NCBI GenBank assembly: GCA_030390025.1
Contig: CM059428.1
Location: 33,728,001 to 33,792,000 of the forward strand
DNA from: Squalus acanthias
Taxonomy: Eukaryota
Direction of reading: 5' to 3'
DNA length: 64,000 nt
How positions within the stretch are numbered: the stretch's first letter is position 1; each line of letters starts with the position of its first letter. Below are positions 1 to 12,999 of this stretch, in pieces. The notes beneath the pieces were generated by a model that had not been told where the DNA came from, did not search any database, and worked only from the letters and a program-made list of their open reading frames with translations. The position numbers and the translations under genes are program-made.

Positions 1-29
1 GGGCGGCAGAGGCGGGGGGGGGGGGGGGG

Positions 30-500
30 GGTGGTTTAACAAGACTGTTTGTACTGGAGAGAAGCAGTCGGTTATCTTTGCATTCCAAGATGATCCTGGA
101 ATAATGAGCAGTTTTGGCAGAGGAGAGCAGGACCTGATCGTGATTTATGTGGTCCAGCCAGATCTGGCGATGAATGGTAAAACCAGTTGCCCGCTCTGAA
201 TGTTTAAGTCTGGACTTAAGGGAGTAGAGATGAGGATCATACCAGGGGGAACGAGCAGGGAGAGAGAGAGAGAGAGAGAGTAATGGTTTTAAGTGGGGAC
301 AAGGGCATCAAAGGTGATGGTGAGAGTATGATTGAGCAGAAATGTCATGGTGAATGAAGGGCCAAAGCTATACAGTTGGGAACTTGAAAATGCCGGCGTG
401 AGTGACTTGGTTTTTTTTCCCCCCTGGCGCAGACACGGAAGGAAGTGGAGTTGGGAGGGGGGTGGGGGAAGGGAGATGTGAGTGGAGAGGTCTGGAGCAT
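30..500 (-). mobile_element. Degraded L2 LINE ORF2 fragment
   Basis: Minus strand gives SPWYDPHL...HRQIWLDHI...SSAKTAHYSRII-like peptide; part resembles the L2 copy near 54740. Confidence 0.6.
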
Positions 501-584
501 CAGCCAAAACACACTCGCGAATGGACACATGAAAACTTAGGTTACATAGGCGTGGTTGCATAGCAAGATTAGGATAGAAAAGCA

Positions 585-660
585 GAATATTGTGGATGCT
601 GGAAATGCTCAGCCGGTCAGGCAGCATCTGTGGAGGGAGAAACAGAGTTAACGTTTCAGA
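585..660 (-). mobile_element. Penelope-like pseudo-LTR fragment
   Basis: gatgctggaaatgctcagccggtcaggcagcatctgtggagggagaaacagagttaacgtttcag matches copies at 17.2, 40.1 and 51.9 kb. Confidence 0.7.
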
Positions 661-2119
661 TTAGGATATGTCCTGGTAATAAAATGGAGAAGAGAGGAAA
701 CAATAAGAAAAAGAGTCCAAGTTGAAGTCAGAGGTCCCGCGGTGGGATAAAGTTGACATAGGTGGTGTCAGCTTGGAGTATCGACAAACTGATGTCTAGG
801 TTCAATGATAGCTGTGGAGGGAAGAGAGTCCAGAAGCTATTTGAAGGGTAGAGTATCAGAACACACTGCCGGAGGTATTTCCATGGGAATGAAGAGCAAG
901 GTGGTGTGCAGAAATGATCGCGGGGCAGAAAAACAGTGACGAAGTTGGAGGTCACGAGAAGATCCAGAAACGGCAGAAATGGACTTCGGCCCAGGAACCA
1001 CACTAGCAAAATAAAGCTGAAAAACCAGTAGGACCGCTAGAAGGTCAGCAGTTAACAGCAGTGGTGGGGGATGGGCTGTAGGCTAGACACTTTAAAGAGT
1101 TAGACACCGTGAAACTTAAGCAACTGAATAGAAGATCAGAGTCACAGCAGCTGAGTCTTACAGTTTGTTCCAGTGGAGAAGCATACTCTTGACAGCAGAG
1201 ATGTCCAGGAATTTGGAAGCTAAATATGAGCAAAGATCTAGTGCTCACTGATGAAAACAAAGAGCAGGCATGGTTGGGGAATTAGCAGTGGGCCCAGGTA
1301 ACTTTAAACTTGCAGTTAGGGCTAAAATGCACCCACTATCAGATGGATGAATGGAGTTTGTGGGAATGGGAAGCAAGTGGAAAGCAGCAGTTGATATAAC
1401 AGTCAAAAACAGCTGCATCTCTGCTTTGTAATAACTCTCAGGCGTGTATTTATTTTATCAATACATTAAGTTTTAACACAAAGAGTTAAACAAGTTTTCA
1501 CAATACAGTACCCTCTCCTCCTCCTTCACCAACTTCAACAATAGAACATAGTTTCCCATGCCAACTGAGATAAAGAAGCACAACTCACACACATTAAATT
1601 CTGTTACTAGGCAATTCATGGGTAGCTTTCAGTGGTTACTTTTTTCTGTTCATGAGCTATTGTTCATTGTCCACCTTCATGGGATCTTTTGTTAAGCCAA
1701 TCAGGTTTATAAACTTTAAACAGTGTTACTCTGCACTGTACAGCATTAGTGGAATCAAAGCCAACTTATATATCCGCTTCTCCGTATTCTGCAGGATGGG
1801 CTGACTGACTAACAGGCGGGCAACAGAGTAGGATATGCAGGAAGGGGTTAATGGTAATGGTAGAAGGTGGGAAAGGCTGCCAGGCCCAGTTGAGAACTGG
1901 CCATGGCCAGTGAAACTCAATGGCAAAAAAGCAGGGCATCATGCAGCACAGTGGGATAGAACGATAAGCAGGACCGACATAGGAGTAGCCAGATATCAAA
2001 GGTGTCTGGAGGCCCGCTAGGAGCAGAGCATCAGCCAGACAGGAAGTTCTAGCCATTCAAACAGCCAAAAAGCTGGGACTTTGAAGCCTGGACTCAGCCC
2101 AGCGAGGCACTTGGCAGCG

Positions 2120-2606
2120 AAGTCCGAAGCCATTGTTTTCGGTCCCTGCCACAAACTCCGTTCCCTAGCCACTGACTCCATCCCTCTCCCCAACATCTGT
2201 CGGAGGCTGAACCACACTTCGCAACCTTGGTGTCATATTTGAAATGAGCTTCCGAACACATATCCGCAGCATAACTAAGACTGCCTATTTCCACCTCCCT
2301 AACATTGCCCGTCTCTGCCCTTGCCTCAGCTCATCCGCTGCTGAAACCCTCATCCATGTCTTTGTTACCTCTAGACTTGACTATTCCAACGCACTCCTGT
2401 CTGGCCTCCCACATTCTACCCTACGTAAACTTGAGGTCATCCAAAACTCGGCTGCCCATGTCCTAACTCGCACCAAGTCCCATTCACTCATCACCTCTGT
2501 GCTCGCTGACCTACATTGGCTCCTGGTTAAGCAACGCCTTGATTTCAAAATTCTCATCCTTGTTTTCAAATCCCCCCATGGCCTCGCCCCTCCCTATCTC
2601 TGTAAT
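2120..2606 (+). mobile_element. L2 LINE ORF2 C-terminal fragment
   Basis: ORF 2244-2615 (TAYFHLPNIARL...ETLIHVFVTSRLDYSNALL...LHWL) is typical of L2; near-identical copies at 24.4 and 55.6 kb. Confidence 0.9.
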
Positions 2607-2659
2607 CGGGAATAGCAGAATCATCAACAGCTGTCATCCGGAAAAAAAAATCATCGGGC

Positions 2660-4430
2660 AGAGGTTATGATTTGAAATTGTTTAACTCAATGTTGAGTAC
2701 GGAAGACTGTAAGGTGCCTAACCAAAAGATGAGGTGCTGTTCTGAGCTTACGTTGAGCTTCATTGGAACAGTGTAGAAGGCCAAGGACAGAGGTCAGAGT
2801 GGGAGTAGAGCGGAGAATTAAAATGACAGGCGACTGGAAGCTCGGGGTCAGGCTTGCCGATTGAACGGAGGTGTTCTGCAAGTAAATCGCTGTTTCACCT
2901 GGAAGGAATGTTTGGGGCCCCGGACAGTGGGAAGGGAGGAGGTAAAAGGGCAGGTGTTGCATCTCCTGCTGTGGGAAGGGGAGCGGTAGTTGGGGTGATT
3001 GAGGAGTGGACCAGGGTGTTGTGGAGGGAACTGTCCCTTCAGAATGCTGGGAGGAGATGTGTTTGTGGTGGGATCACGCTGGAGGTGGCGGCAATGGCAG
3101 AGGATGATCCGTTGAATATGGAGGCTGGTGGGGTGGAAGGTGAGACTAAGGGGAACCCTATCTTGTTTAAGAACATAAGAAATAGGAGCAGGAGTAGGCC
3201 ATTCGGCCCTTCGAGCCTGCTCCGCCATTCAATGAGATCATGGCTGATCTTCTGCCTCAATTCCATTCACCGGCCTTATCGCCATATCCCTTGATGCCCT
3301 TACTAGTCAGAAATCTATCGACTTCTGTTTTGAATATACCCAATGACTGAGCCTCCACAGCCCTCTGGGGTAGAGAATTCCAAAGATTCACCACCCTCTG
3401 TCTGAAGAAATTTCTTCTCATCTCAGTCCTGAATGGCCTACCCTTTATCCTGAGGCTGTGGCCCCTGGTTCTAGACTCCCCAGCCAAGGGAAATATTCTC
3501 CCAGCATCCACCCTATCAAGCCCTGTAATAATTTTGTATGCTTCAATGAGATCCCCTCATTCTTCTGAATTCAGGAGAATACAGGCCTAGTTTACTCAAT
3601 CTCTTCTCATACGACAGTCCCGCCATCCCAGGAATCAATCTCGTGAACCTTTGTTGCACTCCCTCAGTGACAAGTATATCCACACGGTACTCCAGGTGTG
3701 GTCTCACCAAGGCCCTATATAATTGGAGTAAGACTTCTTTACTCCTGTACTCAAATCCTCTTGTAATGAAGGCCAGCATACCATTTGCCTTCCTAATGGC
3801 TTGCTGCACCTGCACATTCACTTTCAGTGACTCATGTACAAGGACATCCAGGTCCCTTTGAGCATCTGCATTTCCCAATCTTTCACCATTTAGGAAATAC
3901 TCTGCCTTTGTTTTTTCAACCAAAGTGGATAACTTCACATTTATCCACATTATAATCCATCTGCCATGTTCTCACCCACTCACTGAGCCTGTCGAGATCC
4001 CCTTGAAGCCTCTTCACATCCTCTTCGCAACTGACACTGGGAAGGAGGGGGAAGGGGAGAGAGCAGAAGTGTGGGAAATAGAACAGACACGGTCAAGGGC
4101 CCAATCAACCAGGGTGGAGGGGAATCCTCGGTTGAGGAAAAAGGAAGACATATCGGAAGCATTGGTATGGAAGGTGGCATCGTCAGAACAGATGCAACGG
4201 AGACACCAGGAGAATGGAATAGAGTCCTTACAGGAAGCGGAGTGGAAGGAAGTGTAGTCAAGGTAGCTGTGGGAGTCAGTGGGCTTAGTGGTATTGGTTG
4301 ATAACCTACCCCCAGAAATGGAGACAGAGAAGTCGAGGAAGGGAAGGGAAGAGTTGGAGATGGACCATGTGAAGGCGAGGGAAGGGTGGAAATTGGAAGT
4401 AAAGTGAATGAAATTTTCCAGTTCGGGGAC
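2660..4430 (-). mobile_element. Penelope-like element (RT linker plus GIY-YIG end), split by a CR1 insertion
   Basis: Peptides DRVPLSLTFHPTSLHIQRIIL, CNTCPFTS, FQVKQRFTC and LLHCSNEAQRKL; sequence resumes after about 4036. Confidence 0.8.
3168..4035 (-). mobile_element. CR1 LINE 3' fragment nested in the Penelope element
   Basis: LYRALVRPHLEY and TRGHSLRIKGRPFRTEMRRNFF peptides; tail ttcttatgttctt. Confidence 0.92.
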
Positions 4431-4599
4431 AGAGTCTCTGAAAAGATTTGAGAACTGCGAATAGGATCACATGTTGGCCAATTAAGTTACATGACAAGAT
4501 TACATAGGCCATTATAATTGTGGACATAGGAATTTACAATTGAAAAAAAGGTCACGCAAAAGTGCAGACAAACAGGACCACAGGAAGTAAGAGTTTATA

Positions 4600-6275
4600 G
4601 ACAGGAGGTGCGCAAACAATTTTTTAGTAAGACTAAGGAACTGTTTACCAAGGAAGAAGACTTTGCCAAAGCCATGGTAAACGAGGAGGTTGCTGAGATA
4701 CTGGATGAGATAAAAAATAAAGAGGTGGTATTAGACAGGCTGGCGGTAATTAAAGTGGCTAACTCACCCGGTCCAGATGAGATGCAACCTAGGCTGCTGA
4801 GGGAAGTAAGGGTCAAAATTACAGAGGTGCTGGCCACAATCTTCCAATCCTCCTTAGACACAGGGGTAGTGCCAAAGGACTGGAGGATTGCAAATGTTAC
4901 ACCCTTGTTCAAAAAAAGAAAAATAAATCTCGCAATTACAGGCCAGTTAGTTTAATGTCGGTGGTGGGGAAACTTTTAGAAACAATAATCTCGGGAAGAT
5001 TAACAGCCACTTGGACAAGCATGGACTAATAAAGGAGAGCCAGCACAGATTTGTTCAGGGCAAATTGTGTTTGACTAATTTGATTGAGTTTTTTGATGAG
5101 TAAGAGAGAGGGTGGATGAGGGCAGTGCAGTTGATGTGTACATGGACTTTCAAAAGGTGTTTGATAAAGTACCACATACTAAGCTTGTTAGCAAAAATTA
5201 AAGCCCATGGGATAAAAGGGGCAGTAGCAACACGGATACAAAACTGGCTAAGGGATAGAATACAGAGTTGTGGTGAATGGCTGTTTTTCCAGACTGGAGG
5301 GAGGTATACAGTGGCGTTCCCCAAGGTTCAGTTTTTGATATACATTAATGACTTGAACTTGGGGGTACAGGGCACAATTTCAAAGTTTGCAGACAACACG
5401 AAATTTGGAAGTGTAGTAAACAGTGAGGGCGATAGCAATAGGCTTCAAGAAGACATAGGTGGTGGAATGGGCAGACACATGGCAGATAAGTGCGAGGTGA
5501 TACGATACATTTTGGTAGGAAGAATGAGGAGAGATCATATACACTAAATGGTACAATTTTAAAGGGGGTGCAAGAACAGAGAGACCTTGGGGTGCGGTGC
5601 ACAAATCTTTCAAGGTGGCAGGACAGGTTAACAAAGCAGTTAATAAAGCATATGGGATCCTGGGCTTTATAAATAGAGGCATAGAATACAAAAGCCAGGA
5701 AGTTATGCTAAAGCTATATAAAACACTAGTTCGGCCCCAGCTAGAGTATTGTATTCAATTCTGGGCACCACACTTTAGGATGAACGTGAAGGCTTTGGAG
5801 AGGGTACAGAAGAGATTTACTAGAATGGTTCCAGGGATGAGGGAATACAGTTACGCGGATAAAACAGACGAGCTGAGATTGTGCTCCTTGGAGCAGAGAA
5901 GGCTAAGAGGAGATTTGATAGAGGTGTTTAAAATGATGAAGGGTTTAGATAGAGTTAATAAAGAGAAACTGTTTCCAATGGCTGAAGGGTCAATAACAAG
6001 AGGGCACAGATTTAAGGTGATTGGCAAAAGAACCAGAGGCGACATGAGGAAAAACTTTTTACGCAATGAGTGGTTAGGATTTGGAATGCACTTAGGGTGG
6101 TGGATACAGAGTCAATAGTAGCCTTCAAAAGGGAATTGGATAAATACTTGAAGGAGAAAAAATTGCAAGAGTATGGGGAAAAGAGGTGAGTAGGACTAAT
6201 TGGATTGCTCTTCTCAAGAGCCAGCGCAGACTCGATAGCCGAATGGCCTCCTTCTGTGCTGTACTATTCTATGAT
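4600..6275 (+). mobile_element. CR1 LINE, 5'-truncated, frameshifted ORF2
   Basis: SPGPDEMQPRLL, DWRIANVTPLFKK, KFADNTK and LVRPQLEYCIQFWAP peptides; attctatgatt tail. Confidence 0.92.
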
Positions 6276-6673
6276 TTTACAATTGATGGACCAGGGTGTG
6301 CATATGCAAGTCAGACCCCTCTTTTAAAGTTCTATTTTCAAATATTTTGCTTCCAAAATTACTGTAAGCTTTGTCAGCCAAGTAGTTGGTTGCAGCATAT
6401 TAGTTTCTCTGCAATACGGGCTGAGGAGCTGAGAAACAACACAACCACTGACAAGAGGTTGGAACAGCAGCATTACAAGTTTATATAGGCAATTCCCAAA
6501 ATAAATATGGATACAGGAAGTGTACACATGAAATAAAGATAGATCATTTCTATTTGGTCACACTCGTATCAAGCCCTGTTGCCACAAAAGCAACATGAGC
6601 CAAATTTTCTCAAATAATTTCTTGTGTAGCCTACATGGAGGAGAAAGTTAAAAGCCAGGAAAGGTTTAATCAG

Positions 6674-6864
6674 CTGTCAGATTCACAATTAAGTTTCTAT
6701 TGACAGCAAACCACTCATATCAGGATAGCTGCCAGGGAGGCAATACAAACTACTAAATTAAATATCAGAACAGTAATTTAGTATAATACTTGTATTGCCA
6801 CCCGGGCCAGCATCCAAATATCAGTGTTTTGCTGTCAATAGAGAGTTCATTATGAATCTAACAG
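6674..6864. repeat. Imperfect palindrome of about 190 bp (old MITE-like or conserved palindromic repeat)
   Basis: Left arm ctgtcagattcacaattaagtttctattgacagcaaaccactcatatcaggat...ggcaatacaa pairs with right arm ttgtattgcc...atccaaatatcagtgttttgctgtcaatagagagttcattatgaatctaacag. Confidence 0.85.
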
Positions 6865-7657
6865 AAAAGTCAGGAACAAAGGTATGCTGCAAATCAGTGC
6901 TTGTAACCACTGGTGTTTCTCAAGGGCTTATTCCCCTTTTTCACCATTAACTCTCTTCAGCCTCATCATCTCAGAAGATGCATAAACATATGCAAGCTCA
7001 GAATAAAAGCAGATTCCATGTAAATCAACACCACAGCCTTGGGAGTTGGAGACACATCCAACACTGGCATCACTGCCAGTAATGCTGGAGTTACAGCTGT
7101 GGCTAAGTAAACAAAATCAGCTGTTTGCTTGGAGAGATTACATTATACTTTACATTATACAGTAGTTAACACCAAAAGATTCAGGAAGTATTTTTTTAAA
7201 TTCCTGGTACAGGAATCCTAAAACAGTGATCGACTCCCACATTTGCAATAGGCTGACCCAATGTTAGTATTTTGATGCCCATCACTTTCGATCAGAATTA
7301 AGTTCCTAATGAGAGCTTTTCTGAAACCACTGCTCTGACCAAAACCAAAGTCTGCACTTGCAGGAGTGTTAGCATTAAAATAGTATTGTTGGTTTAAGAC
7401 CTTCATGCTTTTAACACATGCTCCTTACTGTTGTCGGTCAATTGATAAGTTACTGCAAAACCCCAAGATTGAGCAGATGTGAAACCAATTCCAGAAGAGG
7501 TAAATTTAGTCCCAGAGAACCGAAACCTTCTGCCCTGACATAGCCACTGCATCTTTGAAAGAACACAATTTTATAATGCTGCATAAATCTTTACTGATGT
7601 CTGTACTTTAGAATTGATGGCCTGAAAGCAGACATTTTGTATAGAGCTCCCCTATTA

Positions 7658-7919
7658 CAGTAAACTCTTGTTTAAACGGCACTTAATCATCCGGAATACT
7701 TTCATAACCAGCAAAATAGATAACCGGTAATCTTGCCGAATCCATCCAGCACCCATTTTGCCGAGTCCGAGTCTCCCGCGGTGGCCGAGTTAGTCAGTGG
7801 TTTTTATTTTTGTTTGTGTTAAAAATTGCCTTGGTAGGTATACCTCTCTGTTATCCAGAATTTTTCATCAACCGGCACCATCCTGGTCCCATAGGTGCCA
7901 GATAAGAAAGAGTTTACTG
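7658..7919. mobile_element. Tigger/pogo-type (Tc1-mariner superfamily) MITE
   Basis: TA-CAGTAAACTCTT...AAGAGTTTACTG-TA; 12-bp perfect TIR extending imperfectly to about 25 bp; TA target duplication. Confidence 0.85.
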
Positions 7920-8094
7920 TACTTTATTAAATTCTATTTTAGTGACATTATGAATGGTGTCTGTCAGTTGTGAGCATCAATCATATCATATGAAGCTTGG
8001 TTTTACACACAAGGTCTGCTTCCAGGACTCCTATACCTAGCAGTTCTAAAGCATAAAACAAAATAATCAAGAATAATTGAGCCATAACCAGCAA

Positions 8095-8748
8095 ATGTGC
8101 AGGGTGAGAAAGCGGTTAAAAAAGCATACGGGATACTGGGCTTCATAAATAGAGGCAGAGAGTACAAAAGCAAGGAAGTTATGATGAACCTGTATAAAAC
8201 ACTGGATTGTGTCCAATTCTGGGCACTGCACTTTAGGAAGGATGTGAAGGCCTTAGAGAGAGTGCAGAAAATATTTACGAGAATGATTCCAGGGATGAGG
8301 GACTTCAGTTACGTGGATAGACTGGAAAAACTGGGGTTGTTCTCCTTAGAGCAGAGAAGGTCGAGAGGAGATTTGATAGAGGTGTTCAAAATCATGAGAG
8401 GTCTAGACTGAGTAGATAGAGAGGAATTGTTCCCATTGGTGGAAGGGTCGAGAACCAGAGGACACAGATTCAAGGTGATTGGCAAAAGAACCAAAGGCGA
8501 CATGAGGAAAAACTTTTTTACGCAGCGAGTGGTTAGGATCTGGAATGCACTGCCTGAAAGGGTGGTGGAGGCAGATTCAATCGTGGCTTTCAAAAGCGAA
8601 TTGGATAAGTACCAGAGGGGAAAACATTTGCAGGGCTATTGGGAAAGGGCAGGGGACTGGGACTAGCTGAAGTGCTCTTGCAGAGAGCCGGCATGAGCTA
8701 GATGGGCCGAATGGCATCCTTCTGTGCTGTAACCATTCTATGATTCTA
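8095..8748 (+). mobile_element. CR1 LINE 3' fragment
   Basis: ORFs 8097-8411 and 8427-8666 encode the CR1 C-terminus; attctatgattctat tail. Confidence 0.92.
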
Positions 8749-10724
8749 TTTTCTTTTGTAATAGATTTACTATAATGGGCCAATCCAAGTTTGACACCAC
8801 CTAATCACTACTTTCAGATTTCCCTCTCACACCTCTATTACTTTGACCTTGGCCTTGTACTGCACTTCAGATTTTGGCAATTCACCTCGATTTCTCAATT
8901 TAAAAAAATGTAGATAATATTATGCCTTTAAATAGTGTTTAAAAAAACTGCAAGAGGTGCAGAGTAGCTATTTCATTATGATACCAAGAGCAACTATATA
9001 CTAAGTTTATACAGCACATACAATTTCAAAACATATGGAGATGGGAAGAGAGGAATGAAATCCAAGAAAAGTAACAAGGCGCCTAACTAAAAGAAATACT
9101 TTTTAAAAAAAAAAAAAAGATCCTTGGTGCTCCATGGATGTTTTCTCAACTAGGGACATTTATGATACCAGAGCAACTTATGCAGGGGTAGTAGGTCTCA
9201 TTTTGACATGTGAATATTGCAAAAATTGGAATGGTCACAATTCCAGACCTCAACTGGCTCAAAAAGAGCCTTTGAAACCAGATTACCAACTCCAAAATGG
9301 GTATTGGGACCAGAAAGAAAGGTTTCTAAAATATATATTTTTTTAAGGAACAAAGGTTAAAATAGGTAGCATAGAGTATATTATATAGAATTAAGAGTTA
9401 AATAATAGAAGTGAGCAAAAAAAATTGAAATATAGAAAGAAAGCAGTTGTTTTAAATTAATCTCAATCATGAGAGAACTGAAAACTGAAAAAAGTAAGCC
9501 CAGAGAGCAGGAATTTTTCTAGACCTGTTTAAGGGATAAGGTTACTGCTAAGATACAGATCAGCTGTGATCTCACGGAATGAGAGAACAGGCTCGAGGGG
9601 CTGAATGGCCTACTCCTACTTTACTTCTCCACTGTACAAAAGAAAATAAACTAAAAGTCTTCCAAAGCAGCAAGATATTTTTGATCATTAGAGTGCTGCA
9701 GTACTGCTTTACTATCAAGCTGGAACTGGAGGGCTTTGCTCTTAAAACTAAAATGGAGAATTAGTCTCTCCAACCACATGGCTACAGAAACTATGAACAA
9801 GAAAAAATTTTGTCCAGGAGAGGTTATGTTCCATGTTTTTTCTGCACTCAGTACACTACATCAGAGTGATGTACAGGTGCAGTATATAGAGGCTTTGAAA
9901 AGGCTCAATGGACCCAATATATGAAGTCCAATCTGGCCATCAGTGATGGTTACTGAACCAACTGCTGCCAATATTCCTGGCATCCCTCAAGGATGGTGGC
10001 TAGGTAAAACTCCTAAAGGCCAATCTGAAGAGCTTCTTCAAGATTTGAAACAGTGCCAGAACCAGACCATGACATTCAACCTCCAATGTATCAACAGGGT
10101 CAAACAATTCAGCAGAAGTGCCCATGATGGACTGAGTCTCAAGTGAAGAGCCATCTTTCTCCTTGCAAAATTCTATATCCAAAAGCTCCAAGTTCCTTAG
10201 CAGAGCAGAAGGTCACTAACGTTTAGGGCAGGTTTGGGTACTCCTCTTACTGTAGGAACAAGCACGTTTATGCTCCCCATCACTTGTCAAACTGCATCAC
10301 TGAAAAAAGGTAAGCCAAGTGCCATTAGTTCATGACACACCATACCATTCTGGAAGACAAGAATATCAAGGACTTAAAGGGGCCTAATATAACTATAAAG
10401 GGCTCATGAAGTTTTAGAACCAGCCTCTTCCAAACACTTTGTAGGAGTCTGACAATATGAAACAGCTGCTGAGAACTTTATATTTTTGGTTTTTAATAGC
10501 TGGTACCAAAGGAATAACTCAAGTAGACCCGCCCAACAGTGAAGGCACACCAACAGTGAAGTAGGAAGCTCAGTGTTATTTGGCATTGAACTCAAGCTGT
10601 TCATGACACTGGTTAGTGGTGTAGCCCGGGTGTCATGTGGCACCAAGAAAATTGCCTGATCCGATAAGGGGACATGTTGACTTGATCTAACAAGAGGAAC
10701 TTTGTAATTTTTGTAGCAGCAGCA

Positions 10725-11057
10725 GCAACAACTTGTATTTATATAGCAGCTTTAACGTAGTAAAACGTCCCAAAGCGATTGACAAGAGCATCAAAAAAAA
10801 TTTGACACCAAGCCACAAACAGAAATTAGGGCAGAAGTAGGAGGTTTTAAGGACCTTCTTAAAGGAGGAAACAGAGGTAGAGAGACAGAGAGGTTTAGGG
10901 AGGGAATTCCAGAGCTTAGGCCCTTGGCGGCTGTGCCAATGATGGAGCGATTAAAATCAGGGATGCTCAAGAGACCTGAATTAGAGGAGCGCAGATATCA
11001 GAGGGTTGTAGGGCTGGAGGAGATTACAGAGATAGGGAGGGGCAAGGCCATGGAGGG
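10725..11057 (-). mobile_element. L2 LINE 3' end
   Basis: caacaacttgtatttatatagc...taaaacgtccc is the reverse complement of the L2 3' tail seen at 22.0, 25.1 and 56.3 kb. Confidence 0.8.
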
Positions 11058-11411
11058 AAACACCAAATTGCAGGGATCAACAAAAGATATACTAACATCT
11101 CTTCTCATTCACCAGTTTTTGACTTATTATACACTCTAAAATCTTCTTTGTTCTCAAACACAGTGTGCTTCAGTCTTCCATTTCTTTTCCCATGGTTAGC
11201 CAAGGTGGCCGTGCTTCCAAAAACAGAATTATTTCTGCCGCGCAAAGAGAAAGCACAGGATTTTAAAAATCAGACGATAAAAATTAGATGAAGATCAGAA
11301 AAATGTTTTCAGTACAAAATAGGTAAAAGAGAAAATGGAGAATTGAACAGAAAACTCATTAAAACTTTCAATCAAAAATGATGTAAATCAGAAAGCTTGA
11401 TCAATAGCCTA

Positions 11412-12335
11412 AAGAACATAAGAAATAGGAGCAGGAGTAGGCCATTTGGCCCTTTGAGCCTGCTCCGCCATTCAATAAGATCATGGCTGATCTTCTACCT
11501 CATCTCCACTTTCCTGCACTATCCCCATATCCCTTAATATCCAAAAATCAATCGATCTCGGTCTTGAATACACTCAACGACTGAGCCTCTTCAGCCCTCA
11601 GGGGTAGAGAATTCCAAAGATTCACCACCTTCTGAGTGAAGAAATTTCTCAAATCCAGTTCTAAATGGCCGACCCCTTATTCTGAGACCGTGACCCCGGT
11701 TCTAGACTCCCCAGCCAGGGGAAACATCCTCCCTGCATCTACCCGGTCAAGCCCTGTAAGAATTTTGTATGTTTCAATGAGATCACCTCTCATTCTTCTA
11801 AACTCTAGAGAATATAGGCCTAGTCTAGTCAATCTCTCCTCATAGGACAATCCCCCCATCCCAGGAACCAGTCTGGTGAACCTTCGTTGTACTCCCTCTA
11901 TGGCAAGTATATCCTTCCTTAGGTAAGGAGACCAAAACTGTACACAATACTCCAGGTGTGGCCTCACCAGGGCCCTATATAATTGCAGTAAGATGTCTTT
12001 ACTCTTATACTCAAATCCTCTTGTAATAAAGGCCAACATACCATTTGCTTTCCTAATTGCTTGCTGTACCTGCATGTTAACTTTCAGTGATTCGTGTACA
12101 AGGACACCCAGGTCACTCTGAACACCAACATTTCCCAATCTCTCACCATTTAAAAAATACTCTGCTTTTCTATTTTTCCTACCAATGTGGATAACTTCAC
12201 ATTTCTCCACATTATATTCCATTTGCTATGTTCTTGCCCACTCACTTAGCCTGTCTATATCCCCTTGGAGCCTCCCTGCATCCTCCTCACAACTTACATT
12301 CCCACCCAGCTTTGTATCATCAGCAAACTTGGATA
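11412..12335 (-). mobile_element. CR1 LINE 3' fragment
   Basis: ORF 11677-12222 (181 aa CR1 C-terminus); ttcttatgttctt tail. Confidence 0.93.
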
Positions 12336-12999
12336 AAGTCTTTGTTCAACTAACAAAGGAGTTAATTTATATAACTTTACCTTCTCGGAAGCTTTACCCA
12401 TGGTTACTCATCTCCCTCAGAAGAATCCTATTGTCTAGGATAATGCAAGTTGCACATGGTCTGGTGGAAGGAGCAACCCGATGGGCACTAACAATAGGAC
12501 TATCAAAAAAATCTTTCCCTGCAGGATAATATTCACAATCCTATAGCTTTCCTCGGGAGATGCCAGTACAATTATCCAATAAATTAGAAAAGTAGTCAAA
12601 TTTAAATAAATTAACTAAACTGAAACACACTGATCACAGGGTGCATTATAAGTTCACTACTGATAACAATGGGTAGTTTGGTTTGCTGACCCCATACATA
12701 AATTTCTGCTCCAAGATCAAGATTAAAATATTACAGTATCTGCATTCTCTTCAGAAGTATAATTTTATAGTATTAAACAGAGAGGTATTATTACAAGCAA
12801 TTGTGCTACAGAGTAGTGGGATGTAAGTTTGCACCTGCAATTCCTCACACAATGAAGTTCTAATCTCATTCCATACATCAAAACATGTAACAAGTAGATA
12901 CCTACGGTAGGTGTGTGGAAATTAGGAGTCAGAGGGAAAAACATAAAGCTCACTCTTCCAAACTCACTTTCTAGCACTTTGTCAGAGTGCAAATGGAAG

